This document shows positions 24,403 to 36,102 of a stretch of 64,000 nucleotides of DNA, in pieces (the first letter of the stretch is position 1; the number at the start of each line of letters is the position of its first letter). A program made the translations under genes and the position numbers. The DNA comes from Mustelus asterias (taxonomy: Eukaryota), in NCBI RefSeq assembly GCF_964213995.1, contig NC_135812.1, positions 40,424,001 to 40,488,000 on the forward strand, read 5' to 3'. Below the pieces are notes generated by a model that saw only the letters and a program-made list of their open reading frames with translations, did no database searches and was not told the DNA's origin.

Positions 24403-27400
24403 AAAAGAACAAAGAACAATACAGCACAGGAACAGGCCCTTCGGCCCTCCGAGTGCGCGCCGCTCCCTGGTCCAAACTAGACCATTCTTTTGTATCCCTC
24501 CATTCCCACTCTGTTCATGTGGCTATCTAGATAAATCTCAAACGTTCCCAGTGTGTCCGCCTCCACCACCTTGCCCGGCAGTGCATTCCAGGCTCCCACC
24601 ACCCTCTGTGTAAAATACGTCCTTCTGATACTCGTTGGAATTTAGAAGGCTGAGGGGGGATCTTATAGAGACCTATAAGATAATGAAGGGGCTGGATAGG
24701 GTAGAGGTGGAGAGATTCTTTCCACTTAGAAAGGAAACTAGAATTAGAGGGCACAGCCTCAAAATAAAGGGGGGTCAGTTTAAGGACAGAGTTGAGGAGG
24801 AACTTCTTCTCTCAGAGGGTGGTGAATCTCTGGAATTCTCTGCCCACTGAAGTGGTGGAGGCTACCTCGTTGAATACGTTTAAATCACGGATAGATGGAT
24901 TCCTGATCGGTAAGGGAATTTGGGGTTACAGGGATCAGGCAGGTAAGTGGAACTGATCCACTTCAGATCAGCCATGATCTTATTGAATGGCGGGGCAGGC
25001 TCGAAGGGCTAGATGGCCTACTCCTGCTCCTATTTCATATGTTCTTATGTTCTTATATCTGTGTTAAACCTCCCCCCCTCACCTTGAACCTATGACCCCT
25101 CGTGAACGTCACCATCGACCTGGGAAAAAGCTTCCTACCATTCACCCTATCTATGCCTTTCATAATTTTATACACCTCTATTCGGTCAGCCCTCATCCTC
25201 CATCTTTCCAGTGAGAACAACCTCAGTTTACCCAATCTCTCCTCATAACTAAGCCCTTCCATACCAGGCAGCATCCTGGTAAACCTCCTCTCCTCTCTCT
25301 AAAGTCTCCACGTCCTTCTGGTAGTGTGGTGACCAGAACTGGGCGCAGTATTCCAAATGCGGCCGAACCAACGTTCTATACAACTGCAACATCAGACCCC
25401 AACTTTTATACTCTATGCCCTGTCCTATAAAGGCAAGCATGCCATATGCCTTATTCACTACCTTCTCCACCTGTGACGTCACCTTCAAGGATCTGTGGAC
25501 TTGCACACCCAGGTCCCTCTGCGTATCTACACCCTTTATGGTTCTGCCATTTATCGTATAGCTCCCCCGTACGTTAGTTCTACCAAAATACATCACTTCG
25601 CATTTATCTGGATTGAACTCCATCTGCCATTTCTTTGCCCAAATTTCCAGCCTATCTATATCCTTCTGTAGCCTCTGACAATGTTCCTCACTATCTGCAA
25701 GTCCAGCCATTTTTGTGTCGTCCGCAAACTTACTGATCACCCCAGTTACACCTTCTTCCAGATCGTTTATATAAATCACAAACAGCAGAGGTCCCAATAC
25801 AGAGCCCTGCGGAACACTACTAGTCACAGGCATCCAGCCAGAAAAAGACCCTTCCACTACCACCCTCTGTCTTCTATGACCAAGCCAGTTCTCCACCCAT
25901 CTAGCCACCTCCCCCTTTATCCCATGAGATCCAACCTTTTGCACCAACCTACCATGAGGGACTTTAGTAAAGCGTTTGACAAAGTCCATATAGACGACAT
26001 CCACGGCCCTTCCCTCGTCAACCATTCTAGTCACTTCTTCAAAAAACTCCACCAGGTTAGTGAGGCATGATCTCCCTCTCACAAAACCATGCTGACTATC
26101 GTTAATGAGTTTATTCCTTTCTAAATGCGCATACATCCTATCTCTAAGAATCCTCTCCAACAACTTACCTACCACGGACATCAAGCTCACCGGCCTATAA
26201 TTACCCGGGTTATCCTTCCTACCCTTCTTAAATAACGGGACCACATTAGCTATCCTCCAATCCTCTGGGACGTCACCTGTGTCCAGTGATGAGACAAAGA
26301 TTTGCGTCAGAGGCCCACGATTTCATCTCTCGTCTCCCTGAGCAGCCTTGGATAGATTCCATCAGGCCCTGGGGATTTGTCAGTCTTTATATTCCCTAAA
26401 AAACCTAACACTTCCTCCCTTGTAATGGAGATTTTCTCTAACGGGTCAACACTCCCCTCCGAGACACTCCCAGTCAACACATTCCTCTCCTTTGTGAATA
26501 CTGACGCAAAGTATTCATTTAGGATCTCCCCTACTTCTTTGGGCTCTAAGCATAATTCCCCACTTTTGTCCGAGAGGTCCGATTTTTTTCCCTGACAACC
26601 CTTTTGTTCCTAACGTATGAATAAAATGCCTTGGGATTCTCCTTAATCCTGTCGGCCAAGGACATTTTGTGACCCCTTTTTGCCCTTCGAATTCCTCGTT
26701 TGAGTTCTTTCCTACTTTCTTTGTATTCCTCCAGAGCTCCCTCCGTTTTTAGCTGCCTGGACCGAACGTACACGGCTCTTTTCTTTTTGACCAGTCCCTC
26801 AATTTCCCTGGTTATCCACGGTTCTCGAATCCTACCCTTCCTATCCTTCTTTTTTACAGGCACATGCCTATCCTGCAGTCCTAACAACTGTTCCTTAAAA
26901 GACTCCCACATGCCAGATGTGGATTTACCCTCAAACAGCCTCTCCCAATCAACAGCTGCCAATTTCTGCCTAATCCCACTAAAGTTAGCCTTCCCCCAAT
27001 CCAACACCTTACCCTTGGGACACCACTCATCCTTTTCATCACTATCCTAAAGCTACCAGAATTATGGTCACTATTTGCCACATGTTCCCCTACCGAAACT
27101 TTGAAGACCTGACCGGGCTCATTCCCCAGTACTAGGACCAGTATAGCCCCCTCTCTAGTCGGGCTACCTACATATTGTTCCAAAGAACCTTCCTGTACGC
27201 ATTTTACAAATTCCTCCCCATTCAGACTCCCAGCCCTCAGCGATTTCTAGTCTATACCAGGGAAATTGAAGTCTCCCACTACAACAACCCTATTTTTCCT
27301 GCACCTATCCATTATCTCCTGACATATCTGTTCTTCCACTTCCCTTGGGCTGTTGGGGGGCCTGTAGTATACCCCCAACATAGTGACTGCGCCCTTCCTG

Positions 27401-27690
27401 TTTCAGAGCTCCACCCACAGTGACTCGTTACACGACCCCTCTGAACTGTCCTCCCTCTGCACCGCTGTAATATGCTCTCTAACTAATACTGCTACTCCCC
27501 CACCTCTTTTGGCCCCTCCTCTGTCTCGCCTAAAACACTTGTACCCCGGAATATTCAGCTGCCAGTCCTGTCCCTCTTTCAACCAAGTCTCTGTCACCGC
27601 AACCACATCCAAATTCCTCGTAAGCATTAAGGCCCTAAGTTCGTCTGTCTTACCTGCTACGCTCCTTGCATTGAAGTAGATGCACTCCAG
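24403..27690 (-). mobile_element. CR1 LINE with near-complete ORF2 (endonuclease plus RT), few frameshifts
   Basis: ORF2 start LECIYFNARS..VAVTETWL at 27403-27690; ORFs 26881-27183 and 26546-27007; RT at 25249-26244; AAAGAACAAAGAAC tail at 24403. Confidence 0.95.
24632..25055 (+). mobile_element. CR1 3' fragment nested in the minus-strand CR1
   Basis: LEFRRLRGDLIETYKIM; tail TATGTTCTTATGTTCTTAT; host CTGATA|TCTGTGTTAAACC is split around it. Confidence 0.9.
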
Positions 27691-28814
27691 ACCTCCACAC
27701 AAATGCCACACAATGACCATCACCAATAAGAGACACTCTAACAACCGCCCCTTGACATTCAATGGTGTTACCATCACTGAATCCCCTACTGTCAACATCC
27801 TTGGGGTTACCATTGACCAGAAACTCAACTAGACTCAGCACATTAACACAGTGGCTACAAGAACAGGTCAGAGGCTAGGAATACTGTGGCAAGTAACTCA
27901 CCTCCTGACTCCCCAAAGCCTATCCACAAGGAACAAGTCAGGAGTGTGATGGAATACTCCCCACTTGCCTGGATGGGTGCAGCTCCAATACTCAAGAAGC
28001 TTGACACCATCCAGGACAAAGCAGCCTGCTTGATTGACACCACATCTACAAACATCCAGTCCCTACCCACCGACGATCAGTAGCAGCAGTGTGTACTATC
28101 TACAAGATGCACTGCAGCAATTCACCAAAGATCCTTAGACAGCACTTTTCAAACCCACGACCACTTCCATCTGGAAGGACAAGGGCAGCAGATATACATG
28201 GGAACACCAACACATGCAAGTTCCCCTCCAAGCCACTCCTGACTTGGAAATATATTTTTGTTCCTTCGCAGTCACTGGGTCAAAATCCTGAAATTCTCTC
28301 TCTAACGGCATTGTGGGTCAACCCCACAGCACATGGACTGCAATGATTCAGAAGGTAGCTCACCGCCACCTTCTCAAGGGCAACTCGGGATGGGCAATAA
28401 ATGCTGGCCAGCCAGCGGTGCCCATGTCCCACGAATGATTGTCCAAATCTCTTGGCAACTTTGTAACAGTTTTCGCACTGAATTTAGGTGCGAGGCAAAT
28501 GTTCCTTGCCAAAACAAAACCACGAGTTATCTTTGATCCACCATTAAATTTACCTGATTACACTCTACAAAATAAAAACCTTTCTCTGTCCAGTTTGAGA
28601 GGCTTTGCTCTCTCATTGCAATTCAAGGCTTCCCTTTTCTGTTACTCTTTGAAATTCTAATTCATGTTTTCACATTTCTTTTACTTTACTTTTTGTCTTT
28701 CTCTTTTTTTTCTCATTCCAGTTGAAATTTTTAACTTTCTCTTTTTTTCACAAACTCATTTTTTTCTTTTTTTTCCAATTCAAGGTGCTTCATTTGTAAC
28801 TGAACCCTAGCCAA

Positions 28815-28905
28815 TATACCACAACCTTCTCAAGGACAATTACGAATGAGCATTAAATGCTGACTCTGCCAACGATGCCCACATCCCACCAATGAATTTA
28901 AAAAA
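28815..28905 (+). mobile_element. 3' tail fragment of the DIKAAF-type LINE
   Basis: CCTTCTCAAGGACAATTA...GATGCCCACATCCCACCAATGAATTTAAAA. Confidence 0.65.
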
Positions 28906-29070
28906 TGGTGAATGAAAATAGAAGTATCCTGCTGTTACAGACACAGCAGAAAAATGTGCTCTGTTTATGTTTAGGAGAAAAAAAATAAGTAAAACTATCA
29001 TCACAAAAATACTCCATGTAAGGGGAAGGATTTAGAATTTGTTAATGGATTGTTATGAAAACCAACTTAC

Positions 29071-29191
29071 CTTGGTGTTGAGAGTGGAGGGCAGAAACAT
29101 CTGATGGACCTCTGAGATTTAGTGCATGCACAGACCAGGAGCAGACTGCAAATATGCAGATCAGCATTTTATGTTCTTTGGCCCAGTGCCC
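29071..29191 (-). CDS. Candidate host-gene exon encoding a signal peptide (MLICIFAVCSWSVHALNLRGPSDVSALHSQHQ, phase-1 end)
   Basis: Acceptor TTCCTTATATACAG|G, perfect donor AAG|GTAAGT, AAAATG Kozak-like context at 29167, 97 coding nt, non-repetitive surroundings. Confidence 0.55.
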
Positions 29192-29498
29192 CTGTATATA
29201 AGGAATATCAATATGAAAATCTGACTGGGAGCAGAATGCCATGGAAAACAGGGAGAGGTCCCCAGGGGAGAGGAAACAGGGAGAGGTCCAAAAGAAGACC
29301 CTCACAGAGGGGACAGGAAGCGGATTCAAATCTGTTAAAAAGAGAGGTGCAGAGAAAAAAGATTCCAAATAGAAGAAGGGCTGCCAATCACAGATTTAAA
29401 GTGAAGAGGGCTCAAGAGAAGCCGTAAAGAGCGAATTACGAGGTTAGACTTGGAAGGTGAAGACAGGTTTCCATCGAATCTCTCATGAAAGAGACAGA

Positions 29499-30110
29499 GG
29501 GTGGAATCTTATGAGAATTTGGTAGAGTGTCAGTTCTGCTGAGAAAACTGGCATGGAAATCTCCAGCTTCATTGGCCAGTTTTCTCTCTGGATTTTGTGA
29601 TTCTAACTGTGAAAAAAAAGTGGGCGTTGTTTGCGTTGTCACTCTGGCAAGCCGGGAATCAGCTCCACTCCCTTTTTAAAGGACGCCCTAATCACAGAAA
29701 CAAACATGAATCTCTCCCACAACACCTTCCACCATACAGATACCTGTGGCCTTCCCCACCCCGATCATGGCCAGCATCAGCCCCATTTCCCAACCCCGCA
29801 CCTGAACACTGCCAGCTTCCCCATCACTCGCAGTGTCCATTCCCCTGCCCCCACCACAAATAGATGGGTCCCCACATGTGCGGCTCTCCCTTTGGCCTGC
29901 CCATGGCACAGCCCTGGCACAGTTTGGGATTGTCACATTGGCACTGCTGGGATTAGCAGTGCCGAACTGTGTGAGAGGGCCTGGGGTTTTGCCAGGGCAT
30001 TGTCTGGCCATGTTTTTCTGTCCCTCTCTCCCAAGGACTATAGTGACCTTTGTGCTCCCGGGGGATCTGTAGGGTCCATTCATTCCTCCAAATAGACCGT
30101 GGGCACTTGG
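29499..30110. mobile_element. Non-autonomous Harbinger-type element, truncated at the ERV LTR
   Basis: Starts GGGTGGAATCTTATG...AGTGTCAG...AAAACTGGCATG, homologous to 48098-48782 and to 43645-44400 (minus). Confidence 0.6.
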
Positions 30111-30112
30111 TA

Positions 30113-30561
30113 TGATTTTTTAAAAATGATTTATTGAGTATAATTTAAATTTAACATAACAGAAACAAAAGAGGATTACTTGAGAGAGAGAGGAAGAGTT
30201 GGAAACTGACTTCGCAGCCAGACCCAAAACCCTTGCAGCGTTCGACTGAACAACAAGTAAAAAACAGACTTCTAATAATATAAGAGTTTGGTGATCTTTT
30301 GTTATTAAAATACTAGGTACATGCAGTCTCCAGCTTTCAAAAACAATTCACAACTGTGCGACCATGAAAGCTTCTGTTTATGCAAAACTTTGCTTACCTT
30401 GTATTTTCAAATGTAGTCAATTTCTCAGCTCAAAACCCAGAATTTCAAGCTGAGTTTTAAAATGTGGCCCAACTAGCTTAAGTTACCTTCAAAGCATAGC
30501 ATCATTAGTTACCTTAAAATGAAAAATTTTAACTAATGCAAATCATATAGAGGTTCCTACA
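30113..30561 (-). repeat. ERV 3' LTR
   Basis: Starts TGTAGGAACC directly after the PPT (30562-30570); AATAAA at ~30131-30136; ends in CA at 30113-30114. Confidence 0.7.
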
Positions 30562-30594
30562 ATCCCTCCTATAATTCGATATAACCATTTTGAA

Positions 30595-31850
30595 TCAAAT
30601 ATATGAAACTTCCTTCAGATGCAGGAATGGTTTGCTTCCCATTCCTTTGGCAGACATCAGCACAACAGATTTATCCTTCTCCATTGTCATTAAACGTTTA
30701 CACACGCATTTAAGAAACAAGATTATGCAGTACATCATTCCAAGAACAACGAAAAATAACACCAGTCCTTGTACCCTGGAGCTTCCAATTGAACCTAGCC
30801 AACCAGTCGGCCAGCTCCACAAGGTGGAGGGTGGGGGCTATTTCAGTTTTTCGACTTATTTTATAATGTGCCTAGTCAAATTGGTGATACTTTCTGTCGG
30901 GTACTCAGCACGCAGTCCCAATTAAGGCACAGGTGCCTCCTTGTTCAGCCAGGATGTAGTCATCCTGTTTTGCAGGGTTATGGTACGAATGGCTACCATT
31001 TCAGTATTTATTTCACCGAGGTCTTCAGCAGTGTCGTTGGCCACCTTTTCCAGGATAGATGCCACATTGACTCCCTTGCCAGCTTTGCAGTTCCATACCA
31101 AGGGAATAGGATAATGAAGAATCGCTCTGTTTTTGTAATCGTCCTCCTTACTCTTTGCTAATGAAGCGGTATGGATAGGGAGGTTGTGTGGCGAATATAG
31201 GGTAGAATGTACCGCAGATAACAAGAACCCGTCCAGGGTTGGGGTAGCCAGGGATCGGCCTTGTAGCCACAAATAAAGTAGGTACCATTACAGGCTGTAA
31301 AGTTCCTGAGTTCCCTGGTGAACATCAAATCATTCTCAAGTCGCCTGGTTTTGTTGAGGATGCCTACTGGCTGGATACGAGGGTTGCTGACCATGGACAG
31401 ATTAAGGATACTACTGAAATTGCTATACGCCGTCATTTGTCCTCCGATTTGGTTCCTAACTAGACAGACCAACCCTTGTGACCCCCCTATCCCTGAGGCG
31501 TTAGTGAAGACTACAGACGGGGTTTCACAGGTTGTATTATAATTGGGCTGTTACCATCCCACAAATGAGTTCAGGATGTAGCCTGCCCCCTCCCAATCTT
31601 TTCTCCTTGCTCCTCCACCCAAGGTCCCGTTACATCTGATTTGCCATTCCGCTGTTTCAGACTCATTAAAGGGAACAGGTCTCAATGGAATACTGCCCTT
31701 TGAATGTATAGGTACCTGTACACATACCCAACAGCTGGAGACATTAACTCTCTTGGCACAGATGTAGACCGTGTACACAAAGGTGTTCACCTGTAACTCT
31801 TTGGTTACTTGTTTGGTTCCTCAGGTGCAAGGGACTGGCAGGTTGGGAAT
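30595..31850 (-). pseudogene. env: Retroviral envelope (gamma-type SU/TM), frameshifted
   Basis: SU CWVC motif (31551-31790); NGTYFICG..W.GSCY; heptad LEKVANDTA..LQNRM (immunosuppressive domain); GTCALIGTAC* CX6CC remnant; TM helix LVLFFVVLGMMYCIILFL. Confidence 0.88.
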
Positions 31851-32029
31851 AGATAAATGCTTAACATACAAAACAACATAATACTGAGTTTAAAGATGTT
31901 AAAATGTGGTTATACATGCAAGAAGTAAAAAGATAAATGTGAAACCACTGAGGGCTCTGTTCACTTGTGGTGTCTGTATCCAGGCCTTCTTCCCTTGGAC
32001 CTTGACTGTTGCTTGTGTAGCCAATGACA

Positions 32030-35000
32030 CTTGTTTTCTTCAGGTGGATCCAGACTCCTGACACCTGCTGGAAAGCAGAACAGATAACATTTGTCAGGTT
32101 TACAATAGTCTAACAAAAAGTGTCACTCATCAAGTGGCAATCAACCTTTTGCAAATTAATAGTTCCAGGCAATGCCGTTGGTCTTCCAGTTATTGCTTCA
32201 AATGGACTCAGGACCGTGGTCCTATTTGGGATTGCTCTGAAACTGCACAGGAGAAGAAGAAGAAGAAACCCTACAGCACAGAAAGAGGCCATTCGGCCCA
32301 TCGAGTCTGCACCGACCACAATCCCACCCAGGCCCTACCCCCATATCCCTCCATATTTACCCACTAATCCCTCTAATCTACGCATCTCAGGACACTAAGG
32401 GGCAATTTTTTAGCATGGCCAATCAACCTAACCCACACATCTTTGGACTGGGGCCATGGTGTCCCTTCTTGGTGGTATTTAGCAAGTCGATCTTTCAGAA
32501 TTCGGTTAATTCACTCCGCTTGTCCAGATGACTGTGGATGATAAAGACAGTGTAAATTCCAGGTGATGTTTAACAGTCTACAGACCTCCTTACAGACAGC
32601 ACGTGTGAAGTGGGTTCCCTGATCGGAGTCAATACTGTTTGGGACTCCCCATCTGGGAATGTAGTCCTTACACAAGACCTTGGCTGTATGTTTGGTAGTG
32701 GATTGCCTCATCGGGACACGTCTATCAAACTGGAGATTCTGTCCATAATGAGCAAAGCGTCTTTGTATCTTTGACAATAAGGGAGAGATATATAGTTGAC
32801 TTGTAAATCCTGGAATGGTCTCGCCTGCTTTTCTGATACTGTTATCAACACAGGAGGAGCCATCTGTAAAAAGGATGAGACCTGGGTTGGGTAGAGGGTC
32901 CTTTGTTGCCAAAGCAGCTTCGTCTGTTTCCTTATAGAAGTTCCACACATTCATGGCATTCTTCATACTTTCCATGCTTGGGAAGTGAGAACATAGTTGC
33001 AGGGTTAACTGGACTAGCCCGGACGAAATGGAGATTGTGGGTCTCCAGAGCTGCCGCCCCGCGGGTCTATCGGCATGTTTCTTGAATCCTTGCCCCAGCT
33101 TTTCTGAAATCGGCCGTCATCTGTTGTTAGGCTAGGTGCCCCCTTGAGTGGATCTGTTGTGCTAGAAAGGGCATCAGCGTCTGACGCACGACTGGCTTCG
33201 CGGTGTCTCTTTGCCGCCATATATTGTCTTCCCATAACTTCATTTCTGCCTCGGTCCATGTCCATTTTTCTTCCCGTGCACACTCATCTTGCATCTTCTG
33301 CAGATTTTGTGTCAGACTAGGTGCTCCTAATTTATACGTCTGGATTGATTCATTCGACCAGGTGGATGGTGAGGCAGCCTCTCTGGCTGCCTGGTCGGCG
33401 AGGGCATTTTCTTTGCTTCCTCGGTATTTTCCTTCATATGAGCTTTGCACTTCAAAATGGATACCTCCTGGGGCAACTGTATGGCTTCTAGTAAGTCTCA
33501 GACTCCTACCCCCCCCCCCCCCCCCCCCCCCCCCCACCCCATTATGGCTAGGTGTTCCCGCTGCTGTGAGGAAACCCTTTTTCCGCCATAATTGTCCAAA
33601 GTTGTGGGCGACTCTGAAAGTGTACCATGAGTCCATATAAATTCGCCGTTTGTCCCTCCGCTATCCGGCAGGCTTCTGCCAAGGTTCGCAGTTCGGCCTG
33701 CTGAGCTGACTTTCTGAGGGGAAACAGCCTTTTGCCACAATGTCATGTTATGGTAGCAACTGCCCAAACTGCTTTTCTGACACTGTTGTCTAACCAGGAG
33801 GAGCCATCCGTAAAAAGGATGAGATCTGGGTTGAGTAAAGAGTCCTCCGCCACCAAAGCAGCTTCATCTGTTTCCTTTAGAAGTTCCACACAATCATGGC
33901 CACCTTCATACTTTCCCTGCTCGGGAAGCGGGAACATAATTGTAGGGTTAACTGGACTAGTCTGGACGAAATGGAGATTGTGGACCTCCAGAACCGCTGC
34001 CCAGCGGGTCCATCGGGCTGCTGTGACCTTCAATACTCTATTCATTGACAACAAAGTGTGGACTGTGTGAGGTCACTTGACAGTTAGGTTCTGATCCAGA
34101 ACACCAGGTGCAGTGGCCATTATGGCTCGACAGGTGGCGTCCATGGCCCATAGGCAACTTCCCATCCGAGGGCTACCATATCTAATTTCGCCGAATAGTA
34201 GCCATTAAGCCTTTGTTGGTCCCCATGTTCCTGTGTCAGTATAGCTGTCATAAATCCATCCTTTTCATGGACAAACAAGATGAAAGGCATACCATTGTTG
34301 GGGATTCCTAATGCTGGTGCAGCGCACAAAGCATCTTTGAGATTCCTGAAAGCCTCTCTCTGCTCATCTGTGAGGGTAATAGCTTCCTTTGAATCCCGTT
34401 TTCTCTTCAAAAGGTCATTCAGCGGCTGGGTAAGCTGTGTGTAAGAGTCCATCCAACTTATATTAAAGTTGCACAGATCCAAAAAGGATCTCAATTCTTG
34501 AACTGTGGTAGGCTGTTTCACAGTCTGAATGGCTGTGGCTCTGTCCTGAGTAAGTTTTCTTTTTCCCTCTGAAATCCTCTGTCCCAGGTACACAACCTCT
34601 CTTTGGACTTTCTGTGCTTTGTTGATGCTAGCTTTGTGTCGTTTCAGGTGAAGGTGATCCAACAGTCTATTAAGTACTGCGTGTGTTGTTCTTCCTCTTT
34701 CGGAGGCTAACAGTATATCGTCCACGTATTGGATAACTGTGAAGGCCAATGTGGTGGGTACTTCCTGCAAGTGGCTTTGCAAGGCCATGTGAAATACCGT
34801 AGCTAGCCAGTTCCAGGTATACTGTTGCTGCTGGACAGTAAAGGCAAACCATGGTTAGACCTCAGGTGCCAGTGGCACCGACCAAAATCTGTTAGCCATG
34901 TCGATGACTGAAAGTACTTTTGTTCCGGGGTTAAAGTGTTAAAGATGGTGGAGGGGTCTGCGACTAGAGGAGCCTTTTGATCAATACATCGATTGGCCTT

Positions 35001-35580
35001 TCTGTAGTCGACAGTCAAACGCCAAGTTCCGTTTGCTTTCTTTACTGGCCACACGGGGCTGTTTGACGAGCTATGTGTCTTGATTAGTATGCCTTATTTC
35101 TCTAGTTGTTGAATAACTGGTAGGATGCCGGCGATAGATGTTGAGCTGGTACAGGGTGGTGGTGTTCTGGTGAATGAACCTGGCTCCATCTGGAGTAGGC
35201 CGCAATCATTCTTATCTTGGACCCATATCGGGTGGTTTGCCCCCTCTTCCTTTCTCAAAGGATTGATAGATCATGTCACCTTACCCGCTTTAAAATCCAA
35301 AGAGGAACTTAGCTGAATCGAAACATCCATTCCGAGTAAGGCCTGTTGTACTGGTCCCACCCAAATTCGAGTGGTCACTACATGAGGTGAATTCTAGTGG
35401 ATTTAGTCTCCTGGGGTTTTCTGTTTCCTCCACTTGCCCCTTTTCCTGTTAACCATCCCGCCCATGAAGAAATATCTTTTGTATTTCAGTGGTAGGTTAA
35501 TTCTGCTCCAGTGTCCAGGACACATTCTTGATTGCAATCATCCACCCTCATCGTTACATATAACCCATTCCCCCTCTGTT
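32030..35580 (-). pseudogene. pol: Retroviral pro-pol (PR-RT-tether-RNase H-IN), multiple lesions
   Basis: CVLDTGAE at ~35510; WPVKKANGTWRLTVDYRKAN; IDMANRFWSVPL; QYVDDILLAS; LFTDGSS; NALADQAAREAA; RWGVPNSIDSDQGTHF; YHPQSSG; WIH. Confidence 0.92.
32250..32450 (-). mobile_element. HE1-like SINE 3' half inserted in the ERV integrase
   Basis: GGCCATTCGGCCCATCGAGTCTGCACCGACC...CAACCTAACCCACACATCTTTGGACTG. Confidence 0.88.
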
Positions 35581-35624
35581 CCCCTAGTGCAAGAAGGGGG
35601 TCTGTAAGGCGAGGGCGGGCTCTT

Positions 35625-36102
35625 CTAGTTTTCTACTGTGGCTAGCAACACATCTTGTCGCTCAGCAGTGAGCTGCTTAAACTTTTCCAAGCACTCTTCA
35701 CCTTCAGACCGATGCTGAGACTGATGGTGTCCGTGATGTCCTTTAGCCCACAGCTTGGTGTGGCATGTTTTTGCCCAGTGACCTTCCTTTCTGCAGTAGT
35801 GGCATTTTCCCGGTAACCTCCCTTTGCGGGGTCAATCCGAATCCTTGGATTTCCTTCCTGCTTGCAGGGTGCAGACTTTGGCTCCTACATCCCATTCTAT
35901 TTGGTTACACCCCTTCACCAACACCCCGAATGTTGTTCTAACTTTCAACAAGTGTACTTTTACCATCTTCACCAATTCTGGCTTGAGGCTGGCAACAAAT
36001 GCAGCTTTCATGGGTCCAAATGTCCTAGCATCCATTTGTTCGGGTCCATCATTGACTATTCCCCAATATTCTATCCACACTACCCGAAGCCATTCGTCAA
36101 GC
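35625..36102 (-). pseudogene. gag: Retroviral gag C-terminus
   Basis: AAFVASLKPELVKMV (capsid C-terminal-like); KCHYCRKEGHWAKTC zinc knuckle at ~35763-35805; ends ATVEN*. Confidence 0.8.

Larger units (their letters stand above)
23030..28437 (+). mobile_element. CR1-group/Jockey-like LINE (DIKAAFDRVWH-type family), interrupted at 24403-27690
   Basis: [38 protein letters not shown]; resumes at ~27691 (MEYSPLAWMGAAP) and ends with GGGCAATAAATGCTGGCCAGCC...CCCACGAATGA. Confidence 0.88.
30113..36102 (-). mobile_element. Endogenous retrovirus (partial gag-pro-pol-env-3' LTR), decayed; 5' gag and 5' LTR not seen
   Basis: Ordered CCHC gag, DTG protease, RT (YVDD), RNase H, integrase, env, PPT AGGAGGGAT and a TG...CA LTR. 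Confidence 0.92.

Noticed and set aside
30595-31850. Co-opted (syncytin-like) env gene
   Set aside because: Env is broken into at least four ORFs with a stop in CX6CC, so it is not preserved
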